A stretch of 64,000 bases of DNA from Spirochaetia bacterium (GTDB taxonomy: Bacteria; Spirochaetota; Spirochaetia; UBA9216), in contig CAXXYH010000004.1 in assembly GCA_963677925.2 (NCBI GenBank), positions 96,001 through 160,000 of the forward strand, given 5' to 3'. Below the pieces are notes generated by a model, which was not told where the DNA came from, did not search any database, and saw nothing but the letters and a program-made list of their open reading frames with translations. Shown here one piece after another: positions 32,937-42,094 of this stretch (position 1 is its first letter; every line of letters begins with the position of its first letter). Made by a program: the position numbers and the translations under genes.

Positions 32937-33140
32937 ATGAACGTGAAAATTGATAAAAACCTGTGCATAGGATGCGGACTCTGTGAAGAAAATGTTCCTG
33001 AACTGTTTTCAACAGGAGAGTTCACTGCGGAACTTAAAAAGACTCTGCTGACGAAGGAACTGCTTGAAAGAGCAGCTGAAGCCGCGGAAGACTGTCCGGC
33101 AGAGGCCATCACCATCGACGGAAAGTCCGACGAATCATGA
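32937..33140 (+). CDS. Single-cluster ferredoxin
   Basis: CIGCGLC...PELF...CPAEAI. Confidence 0.88.
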   Translation: MNVKIDKNLCIGCGLCEENVPELFSTGEFTAELKKTLLTKELLERAAEAAEDCPAEAITIDGKSDES

Positions 33141-33411
33141 TAATGAAAGCTACAATGAAAAATATATAGGGAAGGTTTTCTAAAAGAGTCTCTATCTTCA
33201 GATACCCGGGGATGAGTTCTACATCTGTTCTGACTACACCGAAGATGCTGAAGGTATCGTAAATAATCTGTCCATACCTGAAAATAGTACCGACAACGAT
33301 AAACATCCAGGCAGATTCACGTGTTCTTGACCATAACATTATGGCAAAAAATGCTGAACCTGCACCGAAAACAAGGCGGCTGATTATAAAAACTAAACTG
33401 TCGGTAGTCAT
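33109..33411 (-). CDS. Small membrane protein (3 TM)
   Basis: AIMLWSRTRESAW; start coupled to the upstream stop codon. Confidence 0.7.
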   Translation of the reverse strand: MTTDSLVFIISRLVFGAGSAFFAIMLWSRTRESAWMFIVVGTIFRYGQIIYDTFSIFGVVRTDVELIPGYLKIETLLENLPYIFFIVAFIIMIRRTFRRW

Positions 33412-34130
33412 CAGGTAAAATCCTTTACAATTTCTTTTATCGGCTTAATTTCTCCATCTGTAAAGTTCACAGGGGCACAGGACGGAATATTGTAATATGG
33501 AGAAATAATTATTCTTCTTTTAAGCATCGCCCTGAAAAGCTCCGGATAGACCTCTTCAGAAACTGCAGGATACAGCCAGGGGCCCTTTCTTTCCCAAAGT
33601 CCGCAGTCAAAGGCCTGCCATACATTCTGATTGATTCGGGAAGAGAAAGACGCCAGATCATAGAAGCTTCTGGCCATGGAGCCGGCAAGGAAGGCAGGGA
33701 CAGGTCCGTTGTTTATACCGGGGGGCAGTTCTGCATACGAAGCAGCAAGCCTGATACCGGCAGCTGCAGCAAGAGGGATAAGAATTTCAAAAGATTCCAC
33801 GGATGACACCTGTTCGAAGGGCCTGACCAGCGGAAACACTGAAGGAAGCGAAAAGTAGCCGGCGGCAATTTCCCGGACTCCGGGATAGAGATTCTTTACA
33901 GCCTTCTCAAGCCTGGCTGTATGAACAGTCGGGTATGCTGCAGAAAGCCCCTGCTCAAGGAGATTTTTCATAATCTTTGTAGAATTGGGTGTTTTATGTC
34001 CCATAAGCGCCCGGCCTGAATCAAGCCACATATCAAAATATCTGACGCCCCTGTTATCATAAACATGATAGTCACGGGTACGCTTTACAACAGGCAACTC
34101 ACTATACAGTGATTCAGAACCATTCATCAT
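33411..34130 (-). CDS. Truncated class-III aminotransferase (HemL-like) homolog
   Basis: N-terminal YHVYDNRGVRYFDMWLDSGRALMGH and C-terminal FRAMLKRRIIISP resemble the HemL ends; central PLP domain largely absent. Confidence 0.6.
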   Translation of the reverse strand: MMNGSESLYSELPVVKRTRDYHVYDNRGVRYFDMWLDSGRALMGHKTPNSTKIMKNLLEQGLSAAYPTVHTARLEKAVKNLYPGVREIAAGYFSLPSVFPLVRPFEQVSSVESFEILIPLAAAAGIRLAASYAELPPGINNGPVPAFLAGSMARSFYDLASFSSRINQNVWQAFDCGLWERKGPWLYPAVSEEVYPELFRAMLKRRIIISPYYNIPSCAPVNFTDGEIKPIKEIVKDFT

Positions 34131-36215
34131 TTTCCAAAAACTCCAGATGCGGATCAAGATCAGGCAGAAATCTGCCGGTTTTTCCGGTTTCAAATTTAAT
34201 CATAACATAATCATGTCCGCCGGCACTGCCGCTTTTTATAATAAAACCGTTGCCGTAATCGTCATGATACACCCTCCGGCCGTTTCTGTATGCCGGATTT
34301 TCAGCTTCTGCCGAAGTCTTCCCGGGCTTTGAAACCATATCAACAACCTCAGCGTGGTCGCGGGATATTTCATGGAGAAAGACTGATGGTGCCTGCTGCC
34401 GGAACTGACCCCAGATCATGCGGCTTCTGCAGGAAGTAAAATACAGCTCATCTCTCGCCCGTGTAATACTTACATAGAATATACGGCGCTCTTCTTCAAG
34501 CTCTTCTCCGGTCTCTTCCCGTCCGGAGGGAAAAAGCCCTCCTCCATGCCGGTTATGACTACACGATCGAACTCAAGACCCTTTGTATTGTGCATGGTAA
34601 TCAGGGTCACAGCATTTTCATCTTCACCGTCATCCATACCGGGCAGCGTACTTCGGTCAAGCTCAAGCTCTTCAAGAAAAAGCGATAGTGCTTCCGCACC
34701 CTCACCGTAAATACCGGCGGCCGAAATCATTTCATTGAGGTTATCAGCCCGGCCCTTTGCAGCTATCTCATCCTTTGAAGTGTAATGCGCTAATAAGCCT
34801 GACTCTTCTATTACTTCGGCTACAAACTCGCCAAGAGGCTTAACCGCCAGTGATTTCCGCATATTTTCTATGTAGCCTGCAAACTTTTCAGCGCCTGTAC
34901 GGGCTTTGGCGGAAAGACCTTTGACCTCTTTCAGGGCGCTGATCAAATCAATTCCTTCTGCCACGGCATAGTCAATTATCTTTCTCAGGCCGGTCTTTCC
35001 GATACCCCTTGCCGGCTTGTTTACAACCCGGTTAAAAGCTACCTCATCCGAAGGATTGACTATAAGCGATAAAATGGCCATGACATCCTTGATCTCTTCG
35101 CGTTCGAGAAATCGAAGTGCTCCGACAATCCTGTAGGGAATTCCGGCACGGATAAAGCAGGTTTCAAAACTTCTGGACTGGGCATTGGTGCGGTAAAGGA
35201 TGGCAGTGTTTTTATAATTACCGTCAGCAAGCAGAGAGGCGCAGAATTCGGCCTCATCGGTATCTCTTTCAAGATAGACAATCTTTGCCGGCTGCCCCTC
35301 GGTCTTTTCAGTCCAGAGCTTTTTTCCCAGACGGTTTGAATTATTCTCAACAACACCTGAGGCAATTTCAAGTATAGGGCTTGTTGAGCGGTAGTTCTGT
35401 TCAAGCCGGATTATCTTTGTCCCCTCAAATTCTTCCGGAAAAGACAGTATATTCCTTACCTCAGCTCCGCGGAATTTGTAAATGGACTGGTCATCATCTC
35501 CTACAACACAGACGGAATTACTGTCGCCGGCAAGCATTTTCAGAAGGCGGTACTGTGCAACATTGCTGTCCTGATACTCATCGACAAGGATAATACGAAA
35601 ACGCTGCCTTGTCCGCTCCAGGACTTCTGTGCTGGATTCAAGCAGTTCAACCGGTCTTGTTATAAGTGATCCGAAATCAAGGTTTCCTATCCTGCGCAGT
35701 TTTTCATCGTATGCGGCGTATACAGAAGGAAAATCGCTTGTATGAGTAATTTCACTAAGATCGTCAGCCGGAGTCAGGCAGTAGTCACGGGCACGACTTA
35801 TCCAGCCAGCATAGGGCTGCAGCTTCTTCTTCTGACTTTCGGGAAATATCGACTGCAGAAGACTCAGGGCATCATCATCGTCATAAATTGAAAATGAGGA
35901 TTTTAAATCGGGAGTGAAGTGGGAATTATTTCTCATAAACCAGGCCCCGAAGGAGTGAAAGGTCCTTATCATAACGGACGAGGCACCCGGAACCATACGC
36001 TCCACCCTCTCACGCATTTCTCCGGCGGCCTTGTTAGTAAAGGTCACTGCCAGTATCGAACGCGGATTTACCCGCTGCTGCTCAACAAGCCAGGCAATAC
36101 GTGATGTAATTACCCTGGTTTTTCCGGAGCCCGCGCCTGCAAGTATCAGGAGGCTTCGTCCATCATATGTCACAGCTTCAAGCTGCTGTCTGTTGAGTCC
36201 GGAAAGATAATCCAT
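34114..36215 (-). pseudogene. uvrD: UvrD/PcrA ATP-dependent DNA helicase, split by a 1-nt frameshift near 34530 (or an assembly error)
   Basis: AGAGSGKT, DEYQD, GDDDQSIY, QNYRS, HNTKGLEF; motif VI EEERRIFYVSITRA and the 34114-34419 ORF lie in another frame. Confidence 0.85.
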
Positions 36216-36221
36216 GCTGCT

Positions 36222-36250
36222 ATGTTGGTCTATTGAGGCACTTCTGTCAA
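36222..36250 (-). promoter_or_regulatory. Sigma70-type promoter, leaderless spacing to the uvrD ATG
   Basis: TTGACA-N17-CAACAT-N6-ATG. Confidence 0.55.
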
Positions 36251-36258
36251 CGCCGTAT

Positions 36259-37017
36259 TTATAACATCAGAAATACTGCCGCTATGAAGGTAGCAGCCAG
36301 AACAAAGATTCGGTACGGCTTTTCAGGAAGAATCTTCACAAGCTGATAACCTGCATATATACCCGCAAGAACTGCAGGTATCATTGTAAAATCAAAAAGA
36401 ACAGACTGAACAGAAATGGTTTTCCAGACAAAAATATGAAATGGAAGCTTGAGAAGATTGATCATAAAGAAAAACCAGGCCTTGGTGGAAACAAATTCTT
36501 TTTTCTCGAGATCAAGGGAAATAAAATAAACAGCAAGAATAGGTCCGGACGCATTGCCGATCATGGACGTAAATCCGCCCAGAATACCTATTCCGGCATT
36601 TATATACCATCTGCTTTTGAGTTTGATTTCTTTTCCGCCGACTTCTTTTACTGTTAGAAAAATGAGAACAATAATTACCGCTGCCGCAATGAAAATTTTG
36701 AAATTGGCATCAGATATCTTTGAGCCGATAAAAACAGCAAATAGAACCCCGCACAGGGCCCATGGCAGTATTCCCATGAGCTCCTTCCATCTTACCGATC
36801 GGCGGTAGGAAATTACCGCTGTAATATCAGCCATGATCAGAACCGGCAGAATTATACCTACAGAATCACGTCCGCCGAATATATAGGCGAAGATCGGAAC
36901 TGTAAGCAGTATAATGCTGACTACTCCGGATCTGTTTGCGCCGATAAAAACTGCAGCCAGCATTGCAAGGCCCCAGTCGGCGGCAGACAGATCAAAAGAG
37001 GCAAACAAACCGCTCAT
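36259..37017 (-). CDS. Sulfite exporter TauE/SafE family membrane protein
   Basis: About 8 TM helices; GGFTSMIGNASGP; NLLKLPF. Confidence 0.85.
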   Translation of the reverse strand: MSGLFASFDLSAADWGLAMLAAVFIGANRSGVVSIILLTVPIFAYIFGGRDSVGIILPVLIMADITAVISYRRSVRWKELMGILPWALCGVLFAVFIGSKISDANFKIFIAAAVIIVLIFLTVKEVGGKEIKLKSRWYINAGIGILGGFTSMIGNASGPILAVYFISLDLEKKEFVSTKAWFFFMINLLKLPFHIFVWKTISVQSVLFDFTMIPAVLAGIYAGYQLVKILPEKPYRIFVLAATFIAAVFLML

Positions 37018-37031
37018 AAATAAATTAAGCT

Positions 37032-38717
37032 CTAACCGTTTTTCTGAATCTTGGCCCAGGTATCCCGTAGACCTGTTGTTCTGTTGAAAACAGGCTTTTC
37101 AGGTGTAGAATCAGGATCTACACAGAAATAGCCCTGTCTGAGAAACTGCAGGTTAGCGTAAGCCTTTTCCTCGGCAAGTGAGGGCTCAATCATACAGTCA
37201 GTAAGGATCTCAAGTGAGTTATGGTCTATATCATCAAGAAAGTTTCCGGTTTCAGAGCCCGGGTTCTCGGCATTGAAAAGGTGCGAATAAAGCCTTACCT
37301 CAGCCTTTACCGCGTGTAAAGCGGAAACCCAGTGGCTTGTTCCTTTAACTTTGCGTCCGTCATCAGTCCAGCCGCCTTTTGAGTCAGGGTCATATGTGCA
37401 GCGGACTTCGGTAATTTCTCCGCTTGCCGGGTCTTTTTCATATCCGGTACATGTGACATAGTAAGCATGCTTTAAACGAACCTCTTTACCGGGCGCCAGC
37501 CTGAAATATTTCTTGTTCGGAGCTTCTTCCATGAAATCATCCTGCTCAATATAGAGAACCTTAGAAAAAGGGATTTTTCTGCTTCCCGCATTTTCATCTT
37601 CAGGATTATTCTCACCCTCAAACCATTCAACCTGGTCTTCCGGGTAGTTTTCAATTATCAGTTTAAGCGGTTTGAGAACCGCCATACGCCTGAGGGAGCG
37701 CATGTTAAGATCTTCTCTCAGGCAATGCTCAAGCAGGGCAAAGTCAACAGTGCTGTCGGCCTTTGCAACACCGATACGGTTTGCAAACTCCCTGATGGAT
37801 TCCGGAGTATATCCCCTGCGCCTGAAACCGCTGATTGTCGGCATACGCGGATCATCCCAGCCGTTAACGTGATTTTCCTTTACAAGCTGAAGGAGCTTTC
37901 TTTTGCTCATAACCGTATAGTTCAGATTAAGCCTTGCAAACTCAATCTGCTGGGGATGGTGAATGCCCGGAATCTGGTCGATGAACCAGTCATACAGCGG
38001 ACGGTGATCTTCAAATTCGAGGGTACAAATTGAGTGAGTTATCCCTTCAAGAGAGTCTTCAAGGCCGTGTGCCCAGTCATACATGGGGTAGATGCACCAT
38101 TTATCACCCTGACGAGGATGCGGAGCACGGACAATTCTGTACATTACCGGATCGCGCATATTAAGGTTGGGCGAAGTCATATCAACCTTTGCCCTCAGTG
38201 TTTTTGAACCGTCGGGAAATTCCCCGTCTTTCATCTTTTCAAATAGTTCAAGATTTTCTTCAGGAGTTCTGTTGCGGTAAGGGCTTTCCTTTCCCGGCTC
38301 TTTCAGAGTTCCCCGGTGCTCCCTGATTTCTTCCGCTGTGAGATCATCAACATAGGCCTTGCCTTCTTTGATGAGAAGCTTGGCCCATTCATACATCTGA
38401 TCAAAATAATCAGAAGCATATAAAGCTTCAGGGCCCCAGTCGAATCCGAGCCACCTTACGTCTTCCTGGATTGAGTCAATATATTCCTGCTCTTCCTTGG
38501 CCGGATTGGTGTCATCAAAGCGGAGGTTGCACTTTCCATTATAATCTCTGGCTATACCGAAATTTAGGCATATTGATTTTGCGTGTCCTATATGCAGGTA
38601 ACCGTTGGGCTCCGGAGGGAATCTGGTAACCACACTGCTGCGTTTTCCGGACGCAAGATCGCTGTCTATAATATCGCGAATAAAATTCGACGGACTCTTT
38701 TTTTCCATATCAGACAT
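37032..38717 (-). CDS. glnS: Glutaminyl-tRNA synthetase
   Basis: [31 protein letters not shown]. Confidence 0.97.
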   Translation of the reverse strand: MSDMEKKSPSNFIRDIIDSDLASGKRSSVVTRFPPEPNGYLHIGHAKSICLNFGIARDYNGKCNLRFDDTNPAKEEQEYIDSIQEDVRWLGFDWGPEALYASDYFDQMYEWAKLLIKEGKAYVDDLTAEEIREHRGTLKEPGKESPYRNRTPEENLELFEKMKDGEFPDGSKTLRAKVDMTSPNLNMRDPVMYRIVRAPHPRQGDKWCIYPMYDWAHGLEDSLEGITHSICTLEFEDHRPLYDWFIDQIPGIHHPQQIEFARLNLNYTVMSKRKLLQLVKENHVNGWDDPRMPTISGFRRRGYTPESIREFANRIGVAKADSTVDFALLEHCLREDLNMRSLRRMAVLKPLKLIIENYPEDQVEWFEGENNPEDENAGSRKIPFSKVLYIEQDDFMEEAPNKKYFRLAPGKEVRLKHAYYVTCTGYEKDPASGEITEVRCTYDPDSKGGWTDDGRKVKGTSHWVSALHAVKAEVRLYSHLFNAENPGSETGNFLDDIDHNSLEILTDCMIEPSLAEEKAYANLQFLRQGYFCVDPDSTPEKPVFNRTTGLRDTWAKIQKNG

Positions 38718-38817
38718 CTGAAACTCCTGTAAACAAATATTACAGAGCAGAGATTAACATAAAATTACAATTATGTGGAGAGATGCCTGATTATATGAAT
38801 GTGGAATTATCTGTTAT

Positions 38818-40191
38818 TTATTCTGCAGTATCAGCTTCGAGATCAAGACCGTTCACTGCTGTCACAACAGCACTTACAGTATCACCGGGTTTCAGACTGA
38901 CATCATCGGAGTTAAGTACTACCAGACCATCCACCTCGGGAGCCTGAAGCCATGCACGGCAGATAAAAAGATTCTCTTTTTCAACCCTTTCCTCTACCAG
39001 CAGCCTCATCTTCTGTCCCCGGAATCTTTTCATGGCTTCTTCGGAAACGTCCTGCTGCACCTGCTGAAAGTGTTCTAGCTGCCTTGATGCTGCCGCCACC
39101 GTCTTTTTTATCTTACGCTGGTTCTCAAGGCTATAGGCTGCTGTGCCCTCTTCTCTTGAATAAACAAAAAAACCGGCCCAGTCAACCTTTGCATCCTTAA
39201 TGAAGGTCTCGAGAATCTCAAGATCTTCAGGAGTTTCACCGGGAAATCCAAGCATAAAGGTAGTTCTTATAACCGCTTCCGGCAGAACAGTTCTGATTTT
39301 GTTTATCAGATAGAGGTATTTACCGGGGTTTCCACGACGGTTCATAGCCTCAAGAACCTGCTCTGATGCATGCTGAAAGGGTATATCAAAATAAGGAACA
39401 ATATGCCTGCTGTTTTTGCAAATTTCAAGAATTTCTTCCGGAAAGTTGTCCGGATGAATATAAAGCATCCGGATGATGAAATCGCCTTCTATTGCATCAA
39501 GTCTTGATAGCAGCTCAGGCAGTTTACACTGACCCTCGGTATCGACAGCAAAAGAGCCTAGATCCTGGGCTATCAGATTAATCTCGTAGATTCCGCGGGC
39601 AACAAGGTTGCGGGCTTCTTTCTCTATGCCTTCAATACTTCTGCTTTTTACAGGTCCTCTGATAATGGGAATGGCGCAGAAACTGCAGTTGTTGCTGCAT
39701 CCCTCGGCCAGCTTGATATATGCGCTGCCCTCGGTTGAAAGAAGCTGCTCACGCTCCTCACTCAGGATTTCTTCAGTTTCGGTCTGCTGATTATCGGCGG
39801 AACCTTCCTCAGGAATGAAAACCTTCTGGGAGTTTCCCTTTCCAAGCCTTTCAACAAACTCTGAAACCATTCCGGGATAACTGTTGCCGAAGATACCGTC
39901 AAGTTCGGGCATTGACTCTGCAAGCTCATCGTAGTAGCGCTGGGAAAGACATCCGGCGGAAACCACCCAGGCATCAGGAAATGCATCCCGGAAAGAAATC
40001 AGTACATTTATCGATTCTTCTCTCGCACTTTCAATAAAGCCGCAGGTATTAACAATGATCAGCTTTGCCAGCGCCGGATCAGTAACACGCTGCCACTCAG
40101 CCTTGTTAAGTGATTCTATAATTACTTCTGAATCTACCTGGTTTTTTGCACAGCCGAGGCTTTCCAGGTAATAGGTACGCAGATTTTCCAA
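38818..40191 (-). CDS. rimO: Ribosomal protein S12 methylthiotransferase
   Basis: SLGCAKNQVDSE, VNTCGFI, CSNNCSFC, APEVDG, TRAM domain. Confidence 0.95.
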   Translation of the reverse strand: MENLRTYYLESLGCAKNQVDSEVIIESLNKAEWQRVTDPALAKLIIVNTCGFIESAREESINVLISFRDAFPDAWVVSAGCLSQRYYDELAESMPELDGIFGNSYPGMVSEFVERLGKGNSQKVFIPEEGSADNQQTETEEILSEEREQLLSTEGSAYIKLAEGCSNNCSFCAIPIIRGPVKSRSIEGIEKEARNLVARGIYEINLIAQDLGSFAVDTEGQCKLPELLSRLDAIEGDFIIRMLYIHPDNFPEEILEICKNSRHIVPYFDIPFQHASEQVLEAMNRRGNPGKYLYLINKIRTVLPEAVIRTTFMLGFPGETPEDLEILETFIKDAKVDWAGFFVYSREEGTAAYSLENQRKIKKTVAAASRQLEHFQQVQQDVSEEAMKRFRGQKMRLLVEERVEKENLFICRAWLQAPEVDGLVVLNSDDVSLKPGDTVSAVVTAVNGLDLEADTAE

Positions 40192-40200
40192 AATCTAATC

Positions 40201-41361
40201 TCAGTAAACCGGGGTTAATGTGAGTTCATATACGGCTTTTTCACTGTTGTATATCCATCTGATGGTGCCAGCTGAAACCTCACCCTGATCGCCGATGTTT
40301 ATATCAACACCGTTAACCTTTCCGGAGAAGGAACCTGCATTTGAAACCCATAGGGTTACGGTCGAATTCACATCAAGACGGAAAGTTTCACCCTTGTGAA
40401 AATAACGTTCTTCCCTTACTGAACTGTCGGAGCTGTAGCGCATAAGGCAGTAGCCCCTGAATACGACATTAATGTTAAATGGTTCCGGCCTTGAGGCTTC
40501 ACGGATTACTGCAGGTTCCCTTACTCTGGAAGGAGAGCCGGCTTCACCGGAGGAAACAGCTGTAATGCCTGTATCTGCCGGGGCTGTCTCTGCTACCGGG
40601 GCGGCAGAATCGGTCCGGTTGGCTAGCTGTACTGTAGCCTGAACAAAACGGTCTATATGTATTACTGCTGAAGAATTTGCTGAATCTATTGTGCGCACAA
40701 GCATCCTGATGTCTGCGGCTGTGTCGCCGTTAAGATCGACCATTGTCTCTTCACCTGCGGGAACTTCAAGTTCTCCTGAAGGAAGTATCAGGCCGAGAGT
40801 GTCACCGGCGGAAGCGATAACCATTCTGTAGGAATCATCCTTAAGTTTAACAGAAATTGCATCACCAGCCCTGAAACGCCGTTCAACAACCTCATCTGCG
40901 AACTCGTAGACATTCTTAACAGCAATTTCTTTTTCAGGCTGTTTAACTTCAGGGGCTTCCTCTTCAACCTGCCGGGGTCTTTCGGATCCCCCTGCAATAA
41001 AGGTCGGATATACCCAGAAGTAACCGGCTGCACCAAGTCCTGCAAGAACTAGAAATATAATAAGTACCGCCACTCCGGGAAAAGAGCTTCGCTTCACAAG
41101 CAGTTCTTCCATCGGAGCAGGCTGCTCCTGAAGCTGCATGTTTTTATATAAATTAACCATATCTTCGGGATCTAGTCCGAGATATTCTGAATAATTTCTT
41201 AAAAAACCGTATAGATAGGTTTCACCTGGAAAAACGGAGAAATCTTCATTTTCCAGGGCATTCAGGTAACTTTTAGCTATATTCGTATCACGGGCAATCT
41301 GTTCAACAGTATAGCCCAGGGATTCCCTGGCAGAGGTGAGTTTTTCGCCTATAGATTCCAT
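40201..41361 (-). CDS. RodZ-like helix-turn-helix membrane protein
   Basis: HTH (ARESLG...YLYGFLRNYSEYLGL), TM, C-terminal SNAG motif; lolA-rodZ-rimO synteny. Confidence 0.85.
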   Translation of the reverse strand: MESIGEKLTSARESLGYTVEQIARDTNIAKSYLNALENEDFSVFPGETYLYGFLRNYSEYLGLDPEDMVNLYKNMQLQEQPAPMEELLVKRSSFPGVAVLIIFLVLAGLGAAGYFWVYPTFIAGGSERPRQVEEEAPEVKQPEKEIAVKNVYEFADEVVERRFRAGDAISVKLKDDSYRMVIASAGDTLGLILPSGELEVPAGEETMVDLNGDTAADIRMLVRTIDSANSSAVIHIDRFVQATVQLANRTDSAAPVAETAPADTGITAVSSGEAGSPSRVREPAVIREASRPEPFNINVVFRGYCLMRYSSDSSVREERYFHKGETFRLDVNSTVTLWVSNAGSFSGKVNGVDINIGDQGEVSAGTIRWIYNSEKAVYELTLTPVY

Positions 41362-41364
41362 ACA

Positions 41365-42066
41365 TCATCCTTCCGGTTCAAAGAGAAAATTCTTTATTTC
41401 ATAAGCAGATGCCGGAGCTTCAAATTCAAACCTGGCATCAGGAATATTCTGATTAATCTTTAGACTCTGAAAATCAAACTGAACCTCTTCCATTTCAGCA
41501 GTAAGCGCCTTCATGCGCCGGATCATATTATCTGCACTTACAGACATTTCAATCTGGCGAAAACCCTGTTCCGTTGTTCTCCACTCAAGCTTGAGCTTGG
41601 TCACCATCTCATCAGAACCGTCATCCAGCGGAACCGGATCCGGACCTTCGAGGTAACCGATACTGTAGCCTTTCTCAAGCAGATCAAGGCCCTGGCTGTT
41701 AACCATTGCGGCGAGGGTGGCATCATTATGGCGTTTAAGCTTCTGAGTCATGACAACGGCCTGTGAAGGCAGATAAATCATCAAATCCTCACCGGTAACA
41801 CAGATTACCTGCTCCTCGGGATCGGTAAAATCAATTCTTAGCAGATTGGGATTTTTATAATAAATTACACCGGAAGAAACAGTCTGTTCTTCACTGCCGC
41901 CCCGGGAAATAGTCAGTCTTGCTTCATAATCAAGAACATCACCGTATTTATCAGATACAGATCTGAAAAAATTGACCGCTGTCACAAGGTCCTGTGAGAA
42001 AGCTGTAATCGGTGTGATAATAAAAGTTACTATTGTAAGAAAGAAAATTAGCTTGTATTTATTCAT
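41365..42066 (-). CDS. lolA: Outer membrane lipoprotein carrier protein LolA
   Basis: YKNPNLLRIDFTDP, FEFEAP, signal peptide, synteny. Confidence 0.8.
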   Translation of the reverse strand: MNKYKLIFFLTIVTFIITPITAFSQDLVTAVNFFRSVSDKYGDVLDYEARLTISRGGSEEQTVSSGVIYYKNPNLLRIDFTDPEEQVICVTGEDLMIYLPSQAVVMTQKLKRHNDATLAAMVNSQGLDLLEKGYSIGYLEGPDPVPLDDGSDEMVTKLKLEWRTTEQGFRQIEMSVSADNMIRRMKALTAEMEEVQFDFQSLKINQNIPDARFEFEAPASAYEIKNFLFEPEG

Positions 42067-42094
42067 GTTATTGTCTCATATTACTCATGCACAG

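Noticed and set aside
32912-33115. 67-aa Ser-rich ORF on the minus strand
   Set aside because: Antisense to the ferredoxin.
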